From positions 113,956,001-114,020,000 of the forward strand of contig OX597818.1 of NCBI GenBank assembly GCA_951406725.2: a stretch of 64,000 nucleotides of DNA. The letters are read 5' to 3'. This stretch comes from Octopus vulgaris (Eukaryota). Both the position numbers and the translations under genes were made by a program. The notes below the pieces were generated by a model, which did no database searches, had not been told where the DNA came from, and worked only from the letters and a program-made list of their open reading frames with translations. This document shows, in pieces, positions 61,060 to 64,000 of the stretch (position 1 is the stretch's first letter; each line of letters opens with the position of its first letter).

Positions 61060-61480
61060 GGCGCAGGAGTGGCTGTGTGGTAAGTAGCTTGTTTACCGAC
61101 CACATGGTTCCGGGTTCAGTCCCACTGCATGGCACCTTGGGCCAATGTCTTCTACTATAGCCTCGGGCCGACCAAAGCCTTGTGAGTGGATTTGGTAGAC
61201 GGAAACTGAAAGAAGCCTGTCTATATATATATATATATGTATATATATGTATATATATGTATGTATGTGTTTGTGTGTCTGTGTTTGTCCCCCTAGCATT
61301 GCTTGACAACCGATGCTGGTGTGTTTATGTCCCCGTTATTTAGCGGTTTCGGCAAAAAGAGACCGATAGAATAAGTACTGGGCTTACAAAAGAATAAGTC
61401 CCGGGGTCGAGTTGCTTGACTAAAGGCAGTGCTCCAGCATGGCCGCAGTCAAATGACTGAAACAGGTAAAAGAGTAAGAG
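61060..61480 (+). mobile_element. tRNA-derived SINE family A (young)
   Basis: Near-identical to 7641-8027. Confidence 0.9.
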
Positions 61481-62184
61481 AATATGTTTATTTCTGTTAT
61501 TTTTTCTTTATGAAGTAGTTGAAATCCTGTGGGGAGGGGTTATTTTTGTCCTGTAATCTAATTGGTCATCTATTGTTTTGAAAGGCCTTGCCTTTGTTAT
61601 GGTTGGTTAATTGATAACCGATAAAATAAAACAAATTAGGCAAATATATATATATATATATATATAAAACAAAAACAAACAAAACAAAATGTAGATGATT
61701 TCATAGATACATGTGTATATATATATATAATCCTGACATATTGTCTTCTGTATATAACTATACCTACATATTACCAAATTGTAGTCATTATCGGTAAAAA
61801 TATACTCAAAATCTATTATATCTGACAAATTGTTTCAAATGCAAGACTCCATCTTACAAAATGCTGAAATGCAAGACTCCATGTAATATTGTTAAGTCAC
61901 TTAATTAATAAACCCCTTATTCGTTTAGTCCTCTAAAATATCTTACAATCTATTTATTTATCCAATTTTAATGTTATATTTAAGAGATATGATGGAGTTA
62001 GGGTTTATTTATAAAAAATAAAAAAAATGGAGGGAGGTAACTCTAGATTTAAATATCTCAAACAACTTATTAACCAATTAACTAATTAATTAATCAATCA
62101 GTCAATCCAATCCTTGGTTATATAATGGGGTTGCACATCATAGTCTATAATCATGTACCTACATATGCATATATGATACATACA

Positions 62185-63697
62185 TGATGCGATAGGGTCG
62201 ATGATGGGTGCCGGTGAGGAGGGTGGTGTTGGAGAGGTAAGGGCAAGTGCAGCAGCATGGGCGGGAGCAGGGGAACGTGCCAGGTGGGGAGGTAGGGTTG
62301 GGGAAAAAGCTGTGGACCAAGAGGTCTCGTAGATTGTGGGCTCGCTTGAAGGAGGGGAGGGGTCGCTTAGGAAAGCTCGAAGAATGGTGCATTGGAGAAG
62401 TAGGGTGGTGGGGTGGTAGGTGAGGGGAAAAGGGAGGCGGGAGACTGCAGGGCGGGTTTGGAGGAAGAGAGCAGATGCACAGTCAACGGAACGTGCTCTG
62501 GCAAGGGCGGTATGGATAGTGTTGAGGGGATATCCACGTAGGATGAAGTGGCAAGCCATGAGTTGAGACTGAGTCTGAAAGTCATGGTCGTCACTACAGA
62601 GCCTGCGTAGATGGAGGAATTGGGAATAGGGGATGGAAAGCTTGGTGTGTTTGGGGTGGGAGGAGAAGTTTAGGTATGAGTGTGAGTCTGTGTGTTTGTA
62701 GTGGATAGAGGTGGTAAGAGTGGAGTGATGAATGCTGACCGAAATGTCAAGAAAGGAGACAGGTGTCAGAGATAGTGCAGGAGAAGTGGAGGGCAGGATG
62801 GAAAGAGAGGAAGGAGTCTAGATGTTCGCGGGAGAGTGAGGTGGCACCGATACAGTCGTCAATATAACCGCCATATAGTTCGGGAATGGGACCAGTGAAA
62901 CTAGAGAATATTTGGGCCTCAACATTGCCAACGAACAGGTTTGCATAGTTGGGGCCCATTGTCATTCCCATGGCCACTCCCGAGATCTGCTGGTAGAACT
63001 CGCCCGCGAACAAGAAGCAGTTGAGTGAGACAAGTTCGACCAGATGAACGAGGGTGGAGGTTGGGGATTGGGTCGGAGGTCCAGGAAGTGTTTAAGTGCA
63101 CACAGCCCCTCGTGGTGAGGGATCACAGTGTAGAAGCTCTGGATATCCATTGTAAAGAGAAGTTTGGAGGAGCCAGGAGGGAAGGAGAAAGAGTTGAAAA
63201 GACGAAAGCATGGTTGGTGTCATGGATGTGAGAAGGGAGAGAAGGCACTAGGGGGGCAAGGACACGGTCGAGATATTTGGAGATAAGCTCAGTAGGGCAG
63301 TTACAGGCAGAGACGATGGGGCGGCCAGGGTTGTTGGGTTTGTGGATTTTGGGGAGGAAGTAAATGGTGGGGGTTCAGACAATGAGGTTGGATGCGGTGT
63401 GGGGGAGACAGGAGGACGAGATGAGGTCATGGATGGTAGAGGAGACCGTCTGTTGGTAGCTGGGCGTGGTGTCAGAGGGCAGTAGATGGAGGTGTCATGG
63501 AGTTGGCGGAGAGCTTCAGCCCTGTAGAGGTCTACGCGCCATACCAGCACAGCTCCACCTTTGTCGGCCGGTTTAATAATGATGTCAGTGTGTTGTCAGA
63601 GGGAACAAAGAGCCGAGGGTTCGGCTGGGGAGATGTTGAGACGACGGGGACACCTGGAGAAGTTGAACCACTCCAAAGCGCACTGACAGGCGCCTGC
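62185..63697 (-). mobile_element. Penelope-like element reverse transcriptase (Neptune-like), frameshifted and truncated before GIY-YIG
   Basis: [65 protein letters not shown], and Cys-rich linker FPCSRPCCCTCPY. Confidence 0.9.
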
Positions 63698-64000
63698 AAA
63701 AAGATCCACACACACACATATATATATACATATACACATACCAAGATGTGTTGCACTCATAATAGCAAGACCGTGATTTTGATTCCCAGACTGGGCATTG
63801 CATTGTGGTCTTGAGCAAAACACTTCATTTCATATTGCTCTGTGATCATTTCGTCATCTGACATGTGGCACATGGTTCACCTGTACAGGTAATATCAGTT
63901 TGATAGAGGGAACGAACTTATGTGAACACAAAACATTTGATCACTCTAAACAAGTCATCTGTGTGGTCTAACGACAGGAGTGTCCACTATATATGTATGT

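Overview
Eukaryotic, AT-rich, microsatellite- and transposon-dense animal DNA. The SINE/RTE families look like those of octopus (coleoid cephalopod); this is an inference, not verified. The only host gene I can support is a + strand USP36/USP42-family deubiquitinase. It has 13 coding exons from 35476 to 54721 (about 1291 codons, all splice phases consistent, catalytic Cys/His/Asp intact), a probable 5'UTR exon at 32285-32338, and a 3' end probably beyond the window. The rest is mostly decayed mobile DNA: RTE LINEs (with a PHD-like finger inside the RT ORF), tRNA-derived SINEs, hAT, Tc1/mariner (maT, pogo/Tigger), piggyBac-like MITEs, a Helitron and a Penelope-like RT. The most interesting signal is a set of short non-coding elements carrying hammerhead-ribozyme (HHR) motifs. 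The best case (31581-32200) is a 358-nt terminally redundant, retrozyme-like unit with a covariant U3-A8 hammerhead core, a 210-bp inverted arm and a 13-bp target-site duplication. A young 2.5-kb VNTR-containing composite retroelement (24175-26644) is nested inside another HHR element. Nearly all short ORFs in the supplied track are spurious.
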